In this document: one piece after another, positions 13,889-26,186 of the stretch
Position numbering within the stretch: the stretch's first letter is position 1
How the letters are laid out: the number at the start of each line of letters is the position of its first letter
Source: Eledone cirrhosa
Taxonomy: Eukaryota
Direction of reading: 5' to 3'
NCBI GenBank assembly: GCA_964016885.1
Contig: OZ024745.1
Coordinates: 35,402,001-35,466,000, forward strand
Length of the DNA stretch: 64,000 nt
Made by a program: the position numbers and the translations under genes
The notes under the pieces: model-generated
Databases searched by the model: none
The model's input: the letters and a program-made list of their open reading frames with translations, nothing else
What the model was told of the DNA's origin: nothing

Positions 13889-16800
13889 TTCTTCTGGTTT
13901 TATAATTTCACAAATGTTTACCTGTAGAGAGAGAGTTGGTTTCTAACATAGACACAAGACTCTCTCATTGGAATTTACACAACATCAACTAGGTAGATTA
14001 TGTCTGCATGCATACATGTGTAGATATGGATGTTATTATATGTGTGGATATGTATGTTTTGAGTTGTATGTGTACATGTGTATATGCTTTGTATCTGTAC
14101 AGTTATTAGATGCATGTGTAGATACGGATGTTATTGTATGTATGGATATGTATTGAGTTGTATGTGTGCATGTATCTGTACAGTTATTAGATGCAAAGGT
14201 TTTGGAATGTTTTACATATTTTTACTGTTCCATTAATGGATTGTACTTGTAATTTCCTAACTAGTTGTGTTCTTTCTGTTCCTATGAAGACTAGCTTCTC
14301 AAGATTTGTATTGAGGCAGTTACTAACATACCCCAGTGCCCCAATAATCACAAGCATAAATCTGACGGTGTAATCAGGGTGGAGTAAATGCGGATTTCTC
14401 ATCAGTTCTGCATAAATATTCTCCTTTTCGTTAATCTTTGATATTATATTGGCATCTGCTGGGCAACTAACTTCTACTACTGTGTATACTTTCTTTTCCC
14501 TGTCCCATATCATAATATCTGGTCTGTTATGCCTGCATTTTATTGGGTTTTTACCTGAACATTCCACCAGTACTCTTTCATATTATGGATGTCTTCCACA
14601 TTGCTGTAGCTTTTAATGTGTTTATTATCGGGGCTATCTTTTCTACGGATTGCATCGTAGAGTGTTTTGGTCACTACATCATGCCTCACAGGTAGATAGT
14701 ACCGCGATGACATCTTTGGACAGCTGCTGATGACATGGGTGACACCTTCGGTGTTAATTCCGCAGTATCTGCACTTGTTATTACATCTAGGTGTTATGCC
14801 TGCATCCCTATCTCTTTTATGAATCAGGTATTTCGTGTTGATTTCCTGTTCTTGGATTGCAAAACCGTATTCTTCAAAGTGGGAGCCAATATAGCGGTTG
14901 CTCGTCCAAGATAGACTACTTTCCTTATCTATATTACTCTCACCCTGGAGCTTCCTGGCAACATATCCATGCATGATTTTTTGCTGATAAGCATGCAGGT
15001 TTTCATCCATGGATTCACTGCGATACTGCTGAGCGACTTCCCTGGGTGTGAGATTTTGATTATCATACAGGGAATATCTCTCGAGGAGTTCCTTACCAAC
15101 TCTCATGATCTTATCTGTTTCATGCAGATAGACTTGCTCGAGAGACGGGCTCCTTTCTTTCCAGTTGCTTGTTCATCTGTGATGATGTTATTATTTACAA
15201 AATTACGATGGCGGTGGATTGGCAGTATCGGTGGAGGGTCGGACGCCATGCTTTCCAGCAGAGTTACGTCCCTTTACGATCTGAGTTCAAATCCCACCGA
15301 GGTTGACTTTGCCTTTCATCCTTACGGGGTCGATAAAATAAAGTACCAGTAATGCACTGGGTAATTGCTGGCCTTGTGCCTAAGGTAGAAACAATTATTT
15401 ACACAATTATCTTGGAGGAATAGGTTCAGGCAGGCTGTATACATCTTATACATCAGGTTCTGGCATGCAATGGGTCGGTAGTTTTTTGCCAAGTGGGTGT
15501 TTTGTTTTTGGGGACCAGTAAAGTTTGTGCTAATGTCAACCATTCTGGTATAAGTGTATCTTCCTTAAGAACTTGTTGGTAGAGGTCAGTAAGATACCTC
15601 CGATAGAATATCAGTTTTTTGTACCTGTAGCCGACAATCATGTCTCTTCATGGTGTTTTCTTATCTTGAAGTTTTCCTATCACAGTTTCAAGGGTACCCT
15701 CACTTATTTCGTATGTTTTGGTTGTAGTATAGGAGCAATAGTTCTTTCGAATTTCTTTTAGCCACACTGCATCTTGGTTGAATTCTTCTTTTCACCCCAT
15801 ATTTTTCTCCAAAAGGAATCTATGTCTTTCTGGGATGGGGCCTCAGTGGCACTTATTATTTTGCCATTCATATCTCTATAGAATGATGTTTGGTTGGTCT
15901 GAATCTTTTATTAAGCACTTTTCTTTCATCTACCTTCTTCAGGTATCGGCGTCTTTCACTAACAGCTCTCAATACTTGTTTGCGGGTGATCAGCTTATAT
16001 TGAAGAGTTCTGGTTCTACTGTTACCAAACATCGTCTCTATTTTATTTTTCACTCTTTGCTGGTGAGGAGTGAGGTTTTTTTGTGTTAGTTTGAATGTAA
16101 GGAGCATTATCACATATGCTATGGTTTTTCGTAGGTCAGCAATCTTTTTTTCTATTTTAGTTATATATGGTGGTATTTTTGGTGGACTCAGGTAGACTCA
16201 AATGGTACACGTGGTGTAAAATTTCTTCGATTATTATTATTATTATTTCTTCGATTATTATTATTATCGATAGTATTTTCCCCAGCATTCGAGGTAGACT
16301 TAGATAGTACAGGTGGTGTCAAGTTTCTTACAGGCATAGTTTTTTCAAGGCACCGTTCGACCTGGCTGCTAGGAAGTCCAGTAGCATGGCAACCTGTAGC
16401 ACGTATTGTTGATTCCATGTTTGTTGTGGGGGACTTACAATTAATAATACTTAACCTATTTTTATGTTCAACCAACGTCGCGTGTTGGCGTAATAGTTTC
16501 GCTGTGAAATAATTTAGCTCTGGGTGCATTTCGTCCCAGTGTAGCTACATTCTGTTCATATAGCCAATGGAGGGATTGTTTTTTTGCCAGTTTATAATAA
16601 TTAAATAAATTATCATTAAGTTCGCAACTCCAAGAGAAATGCGATTTATAATTTCGGTTTCTTCTGTAGCTACAACTGAATAAAGTTTGTTTACCTTTCT
16701 TGTTGTTTGTCTTCGATACTTCCTTAATTTTGTTGTTGATGTTGTGTTCAGCCATGCTGTTTGTAGCAAATCCTTGTAAAATGAATTATGCATTTAGTCG

Positions 16801-16968
16801 GATATCTCTACGAATTCGAATAAAAGGTGTCTTCAGAAGATATAGTTAGAAGAATAACCAGTTATTCAACCTGACTGTAGTTGTGTCATTACTGTCGGAG
16901 ATAGTATTCATCTTAAATTTAATAAATAGTCTCCCACACCTAAATATGCGACTGATCGCGTTGACTGT
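13889..16968 (-). mobile_element. R4/Dong-type RLE non-LTR retrotransposon, degraded, RT core deleted
   Basis: N-terminal W..ELN..L..YY..A..GYMNRM..W..HP; RT start NYRPIACQNLMYKMYT; CCHC knuckle CRYC..HVISSC; RHD; RLE HNRPDI..VEVSCP..KENIY. Both ends in (TATG)n. Confidence 0.85.
15206..15393 (+). mobile_element. Full-length tRNA-derived SINE inserted in the R4 element, with target-site duplication
   Basis: TGGCGGTGGATTGGCAG..GAGTTCAAATCC (B box)..GCCTTTCATCCTTACGGGGTCGATAAA. TSD ATTATTTACA(A/C)AATTA at 15190-15205 and 15394-15409. Confidence 0.9.
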
Positions 16969-17053
16969 GTATGTATGTATGTATGTATGTATGTATGTAT
17001 GTATGTATGTATGTATGTATGTATGTATGTATGTATGTATGTATGTATGTATG

Positions 17054-17300
17054 TTCTTCTGGTTTTATAATTTCACAAAGTTTTACCAATAGAGAGAGAG
17101 AGTCGGTTTCTAACATAGACACAAGACTCTCTCATTGGAATTTACACAACATCAACTAGGTAGATATGTATGTATGCATGTGTAGTTATGGATGTTATTG
17201 TATGTGTCCATGTGTATATGCTTTGTATCTGAACATGTGTATATGCAGTTATTAGATGCAAAACTTTTGGAATGTTTTACATATTTTTACTGTTCCATTG
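17054..17300 (-). mobile_element. Short 3' end copy of the R4/Dong family
   Basis: Matches 13889-14230 (3'UTR plus NGTVKICKTFQ); flanked by (TATG)n on both sides. Confidence 0.85.
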
Positions 17301-17405
17301 TATGTATGTATGTATGTATGTATGTATGTATGTATGTATGTATGTATGTATGTATGTATGTATGTATGTGTGTATGTATGTGTGTATGTGTGTATGTATA
17401 TATGT

Positions 17406-18651
17406 ATATTATCTCTTTCTTTTAATTTCGAGTATAGCATTTTTGACCGGCCACCTTCCTGGTGGCTAGGTTGTAAAAGAAAAGAAATTGTCATCCCTTG
17501 AATCGCAAGAACATTTTGAAAATTTTGAAGGTGCCTGCTATGTCAGCCATTTGTAGACTATGAATTAGGGAGCTGCGCTTTTTGTCCGTAAATCCAAGTT
17601 CAGTCATACTTTGGTCCAAGCGGGTTGGTATATAACCCGTAGCTCCAATGATGATGGGCATGAAGCTAAAGGTGTATCTTGGATACTGGATTTGTAAACT
17701 CCTCATCAATGGTCCGTAGATGTCCTCCTTCTCCTGTATTTTTCTGACAACGTTTACATCAAGTGGGCAACTGATCTCCACAACAGAACACGTTTTCAAT
17801 GTGTGGTCCCAAACAACAATATCAGGCCGGTTGTGCTTTAATTTAGTGGCAGTTTTTATTTTCAGGTTCCACCAGTATTCCTTAGTGCCATCTGTCTCAA
17901 TATATTCTTCCTCGTTTGTTGTTAATTTTGTTTTCCGAAGTGAGTTCCAGATGGTTCTAGCTATCCCATCATGTCTCATGGGGAGGTAGTAGCGAGATGA
18001 CATTCTTTCGCAGCTGGCAACAATGTGGCTTACATCCTCGATCTTTGTTTTACATAGCCTACATTTATTGTCAGCTGCTGGCCCTCCTCTTTTGTGCAGC
18101 AGATATTTGGTAGGGAGTTCTTGTTCCTGTATTGCATAGAGATATCCCTCAAGGTGTGATGTCATAAACTTGTCGGAACTCCATGCCAGGCTTTTTGAGT
18201 GGTTTATCCCCTCTATGGTCTGTGTTTTACGTCTCAAGTATCCATGCACAACTTTTTCTGTAAATTGGTCAATTTTTTTCATCTTGTTTGAACATTGAAT
18301 AGGATCTTCCGATTTCTCTAGGTGAGAGATTTATATCAGGCTTTATTCCATATCTCTCCTCCAGATCAGTCACTATTCTAATGATATTTATTTTCATGCT
18401 CATAAACCTGGGCAAGATGGTTGCCAACCTTTTTCCTCTGTTGAAGGTGTTGCTTCAGTGTTACTATCCGGGTCTCATATGTTAATATTGATTTTAGACC
18501 CCGGCCACCTTTCTTGCGTCAGAAGTATAGCCTATCCACATCACCATTGATGTTAAAGTTCCCAGTAACACTGAGAAGTTTGCGAGTTCTAACATCCATC
18601 TCACTTAGTTCTTGCAATGACCAGTTCAGCAGGCCAAATGTTGGCGTTAGA

Positions 18652-18652
<1 letters not shown>
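17406..18652 (-). mobile_element. Second R4/Dong-type subfamily, 5'-truncated
   Basis: Contains ORF 17491-18282; upstream remnant NFNINGDVDRLY..RKKGGRG; bounded by (TATG)n. Confidence 0.85.
17491..18282 (-). CDS. CCHC zinc knuckle plus restriction-like endonuclease of an R4/Dong element (partial)
   Basis: AIQEQE, CRLC..EDVSHIVASC, RHD, HNRPDIVVWD, VVEISCP, KEDIY. Confidence 0.85.
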   Translation of the reverse strand: MKKIDQFTEKVVHGYLRRKTQTIEGINHSKSLAWSSDKFMTSHLEGYLYAIQEQELPTKYLLHKRGGPAADNKCRLCKTKIEDVSHIVASCERMSSRYYLPMRHDGIARTIWNSLRKTKLTTNEEEYIETDGTKEYWWNLKIKTATKLKHNRPDIVVWDHTLKTCSVVEISCPLDVNVVRKIQEKEDIYGPLMRSLQIQYPRYTFSFMPIIIGATGYIPTRLDQSMTELGFTDKKRSSLIHSLQMADIAGTFKIFKMFLRFKG

Positions 18653-18682
<30 letters not shown>

Positions 18683-18740
18683 TGTATGTATGTATGTATG
18701 TATGTATGTATGTATGTATGTATGTATGTATGTATGTATA

Positions 18741-19350
18741 TTATGTCAGGACACCAGTTGGAGCTACTGGTAACATGTATCTCAGTACAACCTGTCTCAT
18801 GGTCGGGTCGTTGGCTACTGAACTGGCAACCCCACCAAGGTTTCTTGGTGAGGATGTTGACTGGACATCCTGCAGGACTAAAAACAAAACCTATCAAAGG
18901 GCAAAGGAGCTCTTAAGAGTCAATGGCCATCCAAAATCACCGGGAGAGATGACTCCTTAGCCTTTGTCAAGGCAGAATTCTAGGAGAAGGAAAACTCTGA
19001 TATAACACCTGCAACCCTGATGATATCCAATGATGTTGACTTGTTCTTCTTTTTTGTAAATATCATCTTGGTTAAGAGAGTGGGACTGGTTTTGTGCAGT
19101 GCCTTTGCTCACTATAAAAGCTTCACGGCACAGGCATTGCTTTATATCTGGAGATCTCTCTGCACTTGTCGTCACATGGTACCATGGGCCCAGCACTATG
19201 TGTCAATAATTGTCACGAGTGTAGTATTTGTACCAGAGTTTTCAAGTCGCTTGCTGGACTAAAAAGTCACACTCGTTCAGCGTATCGGTAGGGGTTCTCC
19301 TACATGGATATAAAGTAGTGGCCGTACTCGAAAACGAGTTGGCAGCCACC
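18741..19350 (+). mobile_element. Non-coding RTE-derived non-autonomous element, copy 1
   Basis: CTAGGAGAAGGAAAACTCTGA motif recalled from RTE 5'UTRs; 3' stem-loop followed by an (ATGT)n tail; homologous to 19480-20097. Confidence 0.55.
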
Positions 19351-19479
19351 ATGTATGTATGTATGTATGTATGTATGTATGTATGTATGTATGTATGTAT
19401 GTATGTATGTATGCCATTTCTGGTATTATTAATCTATAAATTTTCATGTATATATTTATGTATGAATGTAAGTATGTAT

Positions 19480-20097
19480 TTATGTCGGGTTACTCTTGAT
19501 TGCTACTGGTAACATGTAACCCAGTACAACCTGTCGCATGGTCGGGTCGTAGGTGACTAAACCGGCTTGGTGTGGAGGGTGATTTTGAACACCCGGCAGG
19601 ACAAAAAACAAAACCTGACAAAAAACAAAACCTGGAAGAACTCATAAGAGTCAACGGCCATCCAAAAATCAGTAAATATGTATATATACATGTACATGTG
19701 TATGTATATATGTATATATGTTTATGCATATGTGCATGTGTATGTATATGAGCGGGGACATAGAAATAGTCGGGCTGGATACCCGATCTCACAGTTAAAC
19801 CACTGGGAGTGAAGGACCCCTAGCCTTTGTCAGAGGATTCTTCCAGGAGAAATGAACTCAGGAAACTGGGATAACTCCGACATAAAACCTGCGGCTCTGT
19901 AGTTACCGATCATGTTGATCTTTTCTTCTTTTCGGGTTATAGCTAGTGTCGCTCAGAGAGTGGGATTGGCTCAGTGCACTGTCTTTCCTCACTTAAAAAT
20001 TCTTCACGCACAGGCATTGCATGATAGCATTAACTAATAATTATTAATAATGGTTTATCAGGCAATGGCCATACTCGATAACGAGGGGGCAGCCATC
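19480..20097 (+). mobile_element. Non-coding RTE-derived non-autonomous element, copy 2
   Basis: Shares CTACTGGTAACATGTA, CATGGTCGGGTCGT, GGCCATCCAAAATCA, TAGCCTTTGTCA, GCACAGGCATTGC and the terminal hairpin with copy 1. Confidence 0.55.
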
Positions 20098-21895
20098 ATG
20101 TATTTATGTAGGTGTATATATAAGTATGTATGAATATATTTGTGGCCTAACTCGGACATTAGTTGGATTCATACATATATATATGGTGGGTGGAGACTGA
20201 AACTGCACTTATGATCTAATGTCTCGGAAGAGAAGCTGGTCTCTCCCCATCGAAGCTTTCCTTGTCATAAGCTTCAGTACGCTTTCTGTTTTTTTTTCTC
20301 AATGTTTGACATAAGATTCCTGGCGATGTTTCCGCGGTATGTTTAACGAGAGTGCAATCAAATGTCTCTCCATGGTCCCAACGAGAGGATCTATGACCTT
20401 GTAGAGAGCTCAACCAGCTACAAATAGCTTGGGAAGTTTATCCGTCTCATATTGACAGAGGTGCCAATGATCATTCAATACGGAAATAGAGTTTAAATGT
20501 GATGCGTCTTGCTACTCTGGAGTATTCTATGAACTTGTGAATAATACATGTACGAAGATCTTGTGATAAAAAGCGGACGAAGGCATTGTCATTAGATTCG
20601 AATGCGGCGAAGAGTGATCAGTCTCGTGATTATATAACAACCTACTAAGAATCCCTCAATTGTCCGTCCGCTGATATCGAGAAATAGTTTCTGAAATTAA
20701 CGTATAAACGTATATCCATACTACAGAGAATAATAGAGACTGGGTAACCGTGTATAAAAATTATACACATTGGGTACATGGACATGTAAACATATCAATT
20801 ATACGCATATTCCTGTAAATTGAAAAGAAAGACGACCTTTCTTAATTGGTTTTCGAGAATAATTGGAATCTTAATCAGAGAATATATCCATCAAACTACC
20901 GCAAGGAAATACGCAAATGACAGATTACGAAGCTGATAAATGTAGTGGTACTCATGAATAACTGTAATAGTTTATATACTTTTACTTTCTACATAGGTAG
21001 ATACTATTTTCATATATATTAAATTGTGCATTAAGCAATCGAATTATACATTAAATTTATATCTATATGTTTAATAAAATAAACCTATGGCAATCGTAAA
21101 TCATTTAGCACAAAGGAAATAACTTTGTTAACTCGTACATAATAACTACATTTCGAATACACAATGGATTATTATTAAATAAACCTACGGAGTTATATAA
21201 ATATGTATTTAGTCTGGTTTTGTTTTTAGTCCCACGAGGGTGATTTCGGCAACTAGCAATGTGAATGAAAGCTTCATTGCTACATAGAAAGTCTCATAAT
21301 GATCTACTACATTCATATCTATATCTTGGATAAGGAACTCTGTGTGTATGGGGGTGGTGTGTGTGGGGTGTGTGGGATGTGTGCGTGCGTGGGGGGGGGG
21401 GGCATAATGAGATTTAAATAACGCAGAAAACACTTGGATGTATTCTTGCTCTACGTTGCTGAATATACTCCTGTGGTGCTTAATTCATCAACACACACAC
21501 ACATACACACCCCCACACACATACCCACACACGCACACACACACAGACACACACACACACATACACACCCACACGCACACAAACACACACACACAAACAT
21601 GCACACCTACCCACACCCACAAACGCACACACAGACACACACACACACACACCCAGAAACACACAAAAGAACACACACACACACATATATAGGGTTATCA
21701 CAAAAACACTCCTTGATTTCAAATGCTTATAATAGGAGAACTTAAATGAATATCCTTACAATATTGGTGGCTACATAAAAATTATGGATATGGACATCTG
21801 TCCAATTGGCATGGGCCCCGACCCTCAGCAACGAATATGGGAACGGAAAAATATATACATGCACACACACGCACACACACATATATATATATATA

Positions 21896-22085
21896 ATTGT
21901 TTCTACTTATGGCACAAGGCCAGCAATTATCCAAATACATTACTGGTTCTTTATTTTATCGAGCCCGTAAGGATGAAAGGCAAAGTTAACATCGGCGTGA
22001 TTTGAACTCAGATCATAAAGGAGCGTAACTCTATGGTACAAAGCATGGCGTCCGACCGTCTACCGATACTGCCAATCCCCCGCCA
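21896..22085 (-). mobile_element. SINE, full length
   Basis: Close reverse-complement match to the 15206-15393 SINE. Confidence 0.85.
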
Positions 22086-22149
22086 ATCTGTCCATTGTGT
22101 GACTATATTTCAAATTTAACACTTTTGCAATGATTTATAAGCCAACCAC

Positions 22150-22248
<99 letters not shown>

Positions 22249-22303
22249 TGATTCAAAACTTCACTATTCACAAGTGTTTTTTAACCTTCATATCATGTCT
22301 CCC

Positions 22304-22374
22304 TATTTTATCTGATGAGAACGCAGATATCATCCCATGATGATATTTGTTTTTGAAATGCGCATAATAAAATA
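22304..22374 (+). ncRNA. Minimal type I hammerhead ribozyme (family B)
   Basis: TATTTTAT-CTGATGA-gaacgcagatatcatc ccat gatgatatttgttttt-GAAA-TGCGCA-TA-ATAAAATA. Confidence 0.85.
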
Positions 22375-22404
22375 CTTAGAACTCTTTTAACCATCTTTTG
22401 ATCT

Positions 22405-22476
<72 letters not shown>

Positions 22477-22495
22477 ATATATATATATATATGTA

Positions 22496-22539
<44 letters not shown>

Positions 22540-22540
<1 letters not shown>

Positions 22541-22768
22541 GGATATGTGTTCCTTCACGCACAAGGCGCTATGTATATAACAAAGGAATTGTGGTAACGA
22601 ACCAGATGGACCATAACGCATCAGAGTTCTCAATACTTAGGGTAGTAGAGTGGGAAATAGGAAGAAGTATGACCCCGAGGGCAGAGCTCAACCCGTTTCG
22701 ACGGCTATTTCTGGAAATAGCCGTCGAAACGGCTTGAGCTCTGCCGTCGAAGTCATACTTTTCCCTAT
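22540..22768. repeat. Family D element with fold-back (22657-22768) carrying the 3' half of a hammerhead
   Basis: Palindrome centred at 22712-22713; GAAACGGC-ttgagctct-GCCGTC. Relatives at 38141-38192, 56926-57080 and 57110-57243. Confidence 0.7.
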
Positions 22769-22782
22769 ATATATATATATAT

Positions 22783-23334
22783 ACCACGCAGTATCCTTCT
22801 TTCATACATATTTACCTAGACTGCGATTATCTGTTTCTCTCTTTCTCTCTTACTGTTCCTCTGTTCTCTCTGTTTTCTTACCTTCTTTCGCCCCCTCTGT
22901 CAGTTACACTTTCTCTCGACTGACCTCTTTCTCGCACTTCCACTCACCCACTCTCTGTTTCTCCCCTTCTCACTTCCTCCCGTTCGTTAGGAGTGGGATT
23001 CTTTCTTTCTCACATCCCATTCACGGCGAAAGGTCTGTATTCTGAACGCTCATGAAATTCACCCAGCTTATGCTGATCGGATAACCATGTTGCTTGTTTT
23101 TTTTCCCATCTTTGGTTTGCTTTTCCTTCTATGTTGTTTACTTGTGTCACTCGCTTTACGCGACTCACTTGTCCCAATAGCTTATTTTAGTTATTGCTCG
23201 CACCAACCTGAGGTATATGATTTTTAATGCGATGAAATACCAAAGACGGTTGGCAAATCACTGATGAGGGACTAATTTTATAATATGTAACCCATGTGCA
23301 ACCACGCAGTATCCTTCTTCCCATATTTTTCTTA

Positions 23335-23379
<45 letters not shown>

Positions 23380-23487
23380 AATATGGGAAGAAGGATACTG
23401 CGTGGTTGCACATGGGTTACATATTATAAAATTAGTCCCTCATCAGTGATTTGCCAACCGTCTTTGGTATTTCATCGCATTAAAAAT
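22783..23487. repeat. Family C element: about 518 bp unit with terminal direct repeat plus 112 bp inverted repeat around (TA)n
   Basis: ACCACGCAGTATCCTTCT at 22783 and 23301; arms 23220-23331 and 23376-23487; CTGATGA-ggg..ccc at 23261 with no following GAAA. Confidence 0.75.
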
Positions 23488-23507
23488 AGATAGAGAAGAT
23501 CAGAAGT

Positions 23508-24575
23508 GTGGAGAGAGCGGTTGACAGATCTGGATGTAAGGAGAGCTGGATGATCATCAATGAGATCACAGGGAGGAAGAAAAGGTGTTCGAGTCAGATC
23601 CAGGGAACGGGGCCCGAGGATAGGAAGAGGAAATGGCTAGACCATTTTAGGACCCTACTAGGAGAGCCACCCTCCACAGCCCGGAGCGCTGGGGAGATCA
23701 GGCGGCTGTTTGAGGAACTGGATGTTGAGACAGAGCCCTTTACCAGAGAGGAGCTTCAGATAGCCAAGAAGAAGATCAAGGAGGGCAAGGCTCATGGAGA
23801 AGATGGAGTGGCATCAGAGGTGATGAAGAGGTGTGATTTTGATGATATCATCCTGGGGTTCTGTAACGGGGCACTGGAGAAAGGAGTTGCCCCGAATCAG
23901 TGGAGGATCAGTAACATCGTCCCAGTGCCAAAGAAGGGAGATCTCTCTAACACCAACAACTACCGGGGGATCTCACTGACGTCACTTGTGGCAAAGACCC
24001 TCAACAGGATGATTCTTAACAGGATCCAGCCTGAGATGGAGAAGAAGCTCAGGGACAACCAGAACGGCTTCAGAGAGGGTAGATCAACCACCAGTCACAT
24101 CCTGATGCTAAGGAGGATATTAGAGGGAGCTAGAGCAAAGTGCCTTCCTGCGGTCATGGTTTTCATTGACTTTAGGAAGGCCTTTGATTCTGTGGACTGT
24201 TACTGGCTGATGAAGATCTTACAGGCTTATGGAATCCCCAAGAGGATGGTGGACCTGATATCACTGCTCTACACCAACACCAAAGCCCAAGTCATTACAC
24301 CTGATGGGATGACAGAGTTCTTTGAGATACTGGCTGGAGTGCTCCAAGGAGATACATTGGCTCCCTACCTTTTTATCATCGTAGTGGACTATTGTATGCG
24401 CCTTGCACTGGAGAAACACCAGGACACTGGCTTTACTGTAGCACCGGCTCAGAGCAGGAGAGTTGGGGCGAAAAAGGTATCGGATGCTGAATTTGCCGAC
24501 GACATAGTTTTGGTGACAAATACAGTGAAGGAGGCAGAGGATTTGATGCGGGAGGTTGAGACTGTGTATTTGTAA
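23508..24575 (+). CDS. LINE reverse transcriptase, N-terminal part
   Basis: VPVPKKGD..NYRGISLTS, QNGFREGRST, FIDFRKAFDSV, GVLQGDTLAPYLF, EFADD. Confidence 0.9.
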   Translation: MERAVDRSGCKESWMIINEITGRKKRCSSQIQGTGPEDRKRKWLDHFRTLLGEPPSTARSAGEIRRLFEELDVETEPFTREELQIAKKKIKEGKAHGEDGVASEVMKRCDFDDIILGFCNGALEKGVAPNQWRISNIVPVPKKGDLSNTNNYRGISLTSLVAKTLNRMILNRIQPEMEKKLRDNQNGFREGRSTTSHILMLRRILEGARAKCLPAVMVFIDFRKAFDSVDCYWLMKILQAYGIPKRMVDLISLLYTNTKAQVITPDGMTEFFEILAGVLQGDTLAPYLFIIVVDYCMRLALEKHQDTGFTVAPAQSRRVGAKKVSDAEFADDIVLVTNTVKEAEDLMREVETVYL

Positions 24576-25082
24576 GCGTCTATGTATGAATATATATGTA
24601 GGTAGGTGTCTATATAGGTTTGGGTATTTATATCTAAATATAAAAATACATATATGCGCATGCAAATATGAATGTAAGATTGCGTGTGTATATATGAGTG
24701 TACATATGTATGTATATATGTGTATATATATGCATTATATATGTATGTGTATGTGAATGTGTTGTATGTATATGTGTATGTATGTGTATATATGTGTATG
24801 TATGTGTATGCTTGTATATATAGGAATATATATATATGTGTATATATATATGTATATGTATATGCGTGTGTATGTATGTATGTGTATGTGTGTTGTATAT
24901 ATATGTATGTCTCTCTATTTATATGTTTATCTTCGTATCTATGTGATATATGTGTGTGTGTGTGCACGTATGCATATGTATGTGTTTGTGTGTGTTTGTA
25001 TGTGTGTGTGTATATAATATGTGTATATATAAGTGTAAAAAAAAAAAAATATATATATATATATGTGCATGTCTGTTTTTTA

Positions 25083-25121
<39 letters not shown>

Positions 25122-25238
25122 GTGTGTATATATATATATATATATATATATGTGGGTGTTTGTATGTGTATTTATGGTGGTATGAGTGTGTGGATATATA
25201 TGTTTATATATATATATATATATATATGTATGAGTGTA

Positions 25239-25281
<43 letters not shown>

Positions 25282-25506
25282 ATATATATGTGTATATATA
25301 TATATGTGTATGTATGTGTGTATATATATATATCTCTATTAATGCGTGTGTGTATGTATATACATATGCCTTTTTATTATTATTTTTATTTGTATGTCTG
25401 AGTTAGGTGAGGTTGTAGTGTTTTTTATGTATATACGCATATATGGAAGCGTATGTATTTATATATATGAGTATAAGTAGGTGCATATGTATGTATGATT
25501 ATATAT
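24567..25506. repeat. About 940 bp TA/TG/TATG low-complexity insert splitting the RT
   Basis: Interrupts ...MREVETV|MSVGLRMNETKT... Confidence 0.85.
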
Positions 25507-26186
25507 GATGAGTGTGGGGCTGAGAATGAATGAGACTAAAACAAAATATCTGGTAGAGAATGTTGAGAAGTCAGAGGGGATCACTAATGTAGGCGGGAAG
25601 CCGCTGGAATTGGTTGAGGACTTCCTGTATTTGGGAGCAAAGATTGGGAATACGGAAGATGATGTGGTTGAGAGGAAGAGCAAGGCCTGGGCGGCGTGTT
25701 ACAGCTTGAGATCGGTGTGGAAGTCGGACCTTCGTAGAGACCTGAAAATCCGCCTCTTCATTGCTGTAGTGGAGTCTGTGCTGCTGTATGGGTCTGAGAC
25801 TTGGACACTGACCAAGAGACTCACTCAGATGGTGGATGGGTGCTACACGAGAATGCTGAGGATGGCTCTGAACATTAATCAGTATACACTGAGGATGAAA
25901 AACTCAGAGCTGTATGGGAGCATCCCAAAAGTCAGCTCAAAAGTGACACAGAGGAGACTGAGGTTGGCTGGACATGCTCACCGACATCCAGAGTTGACAT
26001 TGCACTCAGTGCTCCTTTGGGAGCCCCTACATGGACACACTAGAAGAGGAAGACCAAGGTTAACATATGTTGATGCCCTAAGGACAGACACTGGTCTGTT
26101 GGAGATGCAGGATATGGCAGCGATAATGAGGGACAGAGACCGCTGGAGAGAACTCGTCCATGGATCTCGGGAATTTTACCCGCCTT

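Noticed and set aside
15212-15295. tRNA gene
   Set aside because: A/B-box head belongs to a SINE; no cloverleaf.
24572-25506. RT insert as a spliceosomal intron (GTAAGC at 24572)
   Set aside because: No polypyrimidine tract or suitable AG acceptor that restores the frame.
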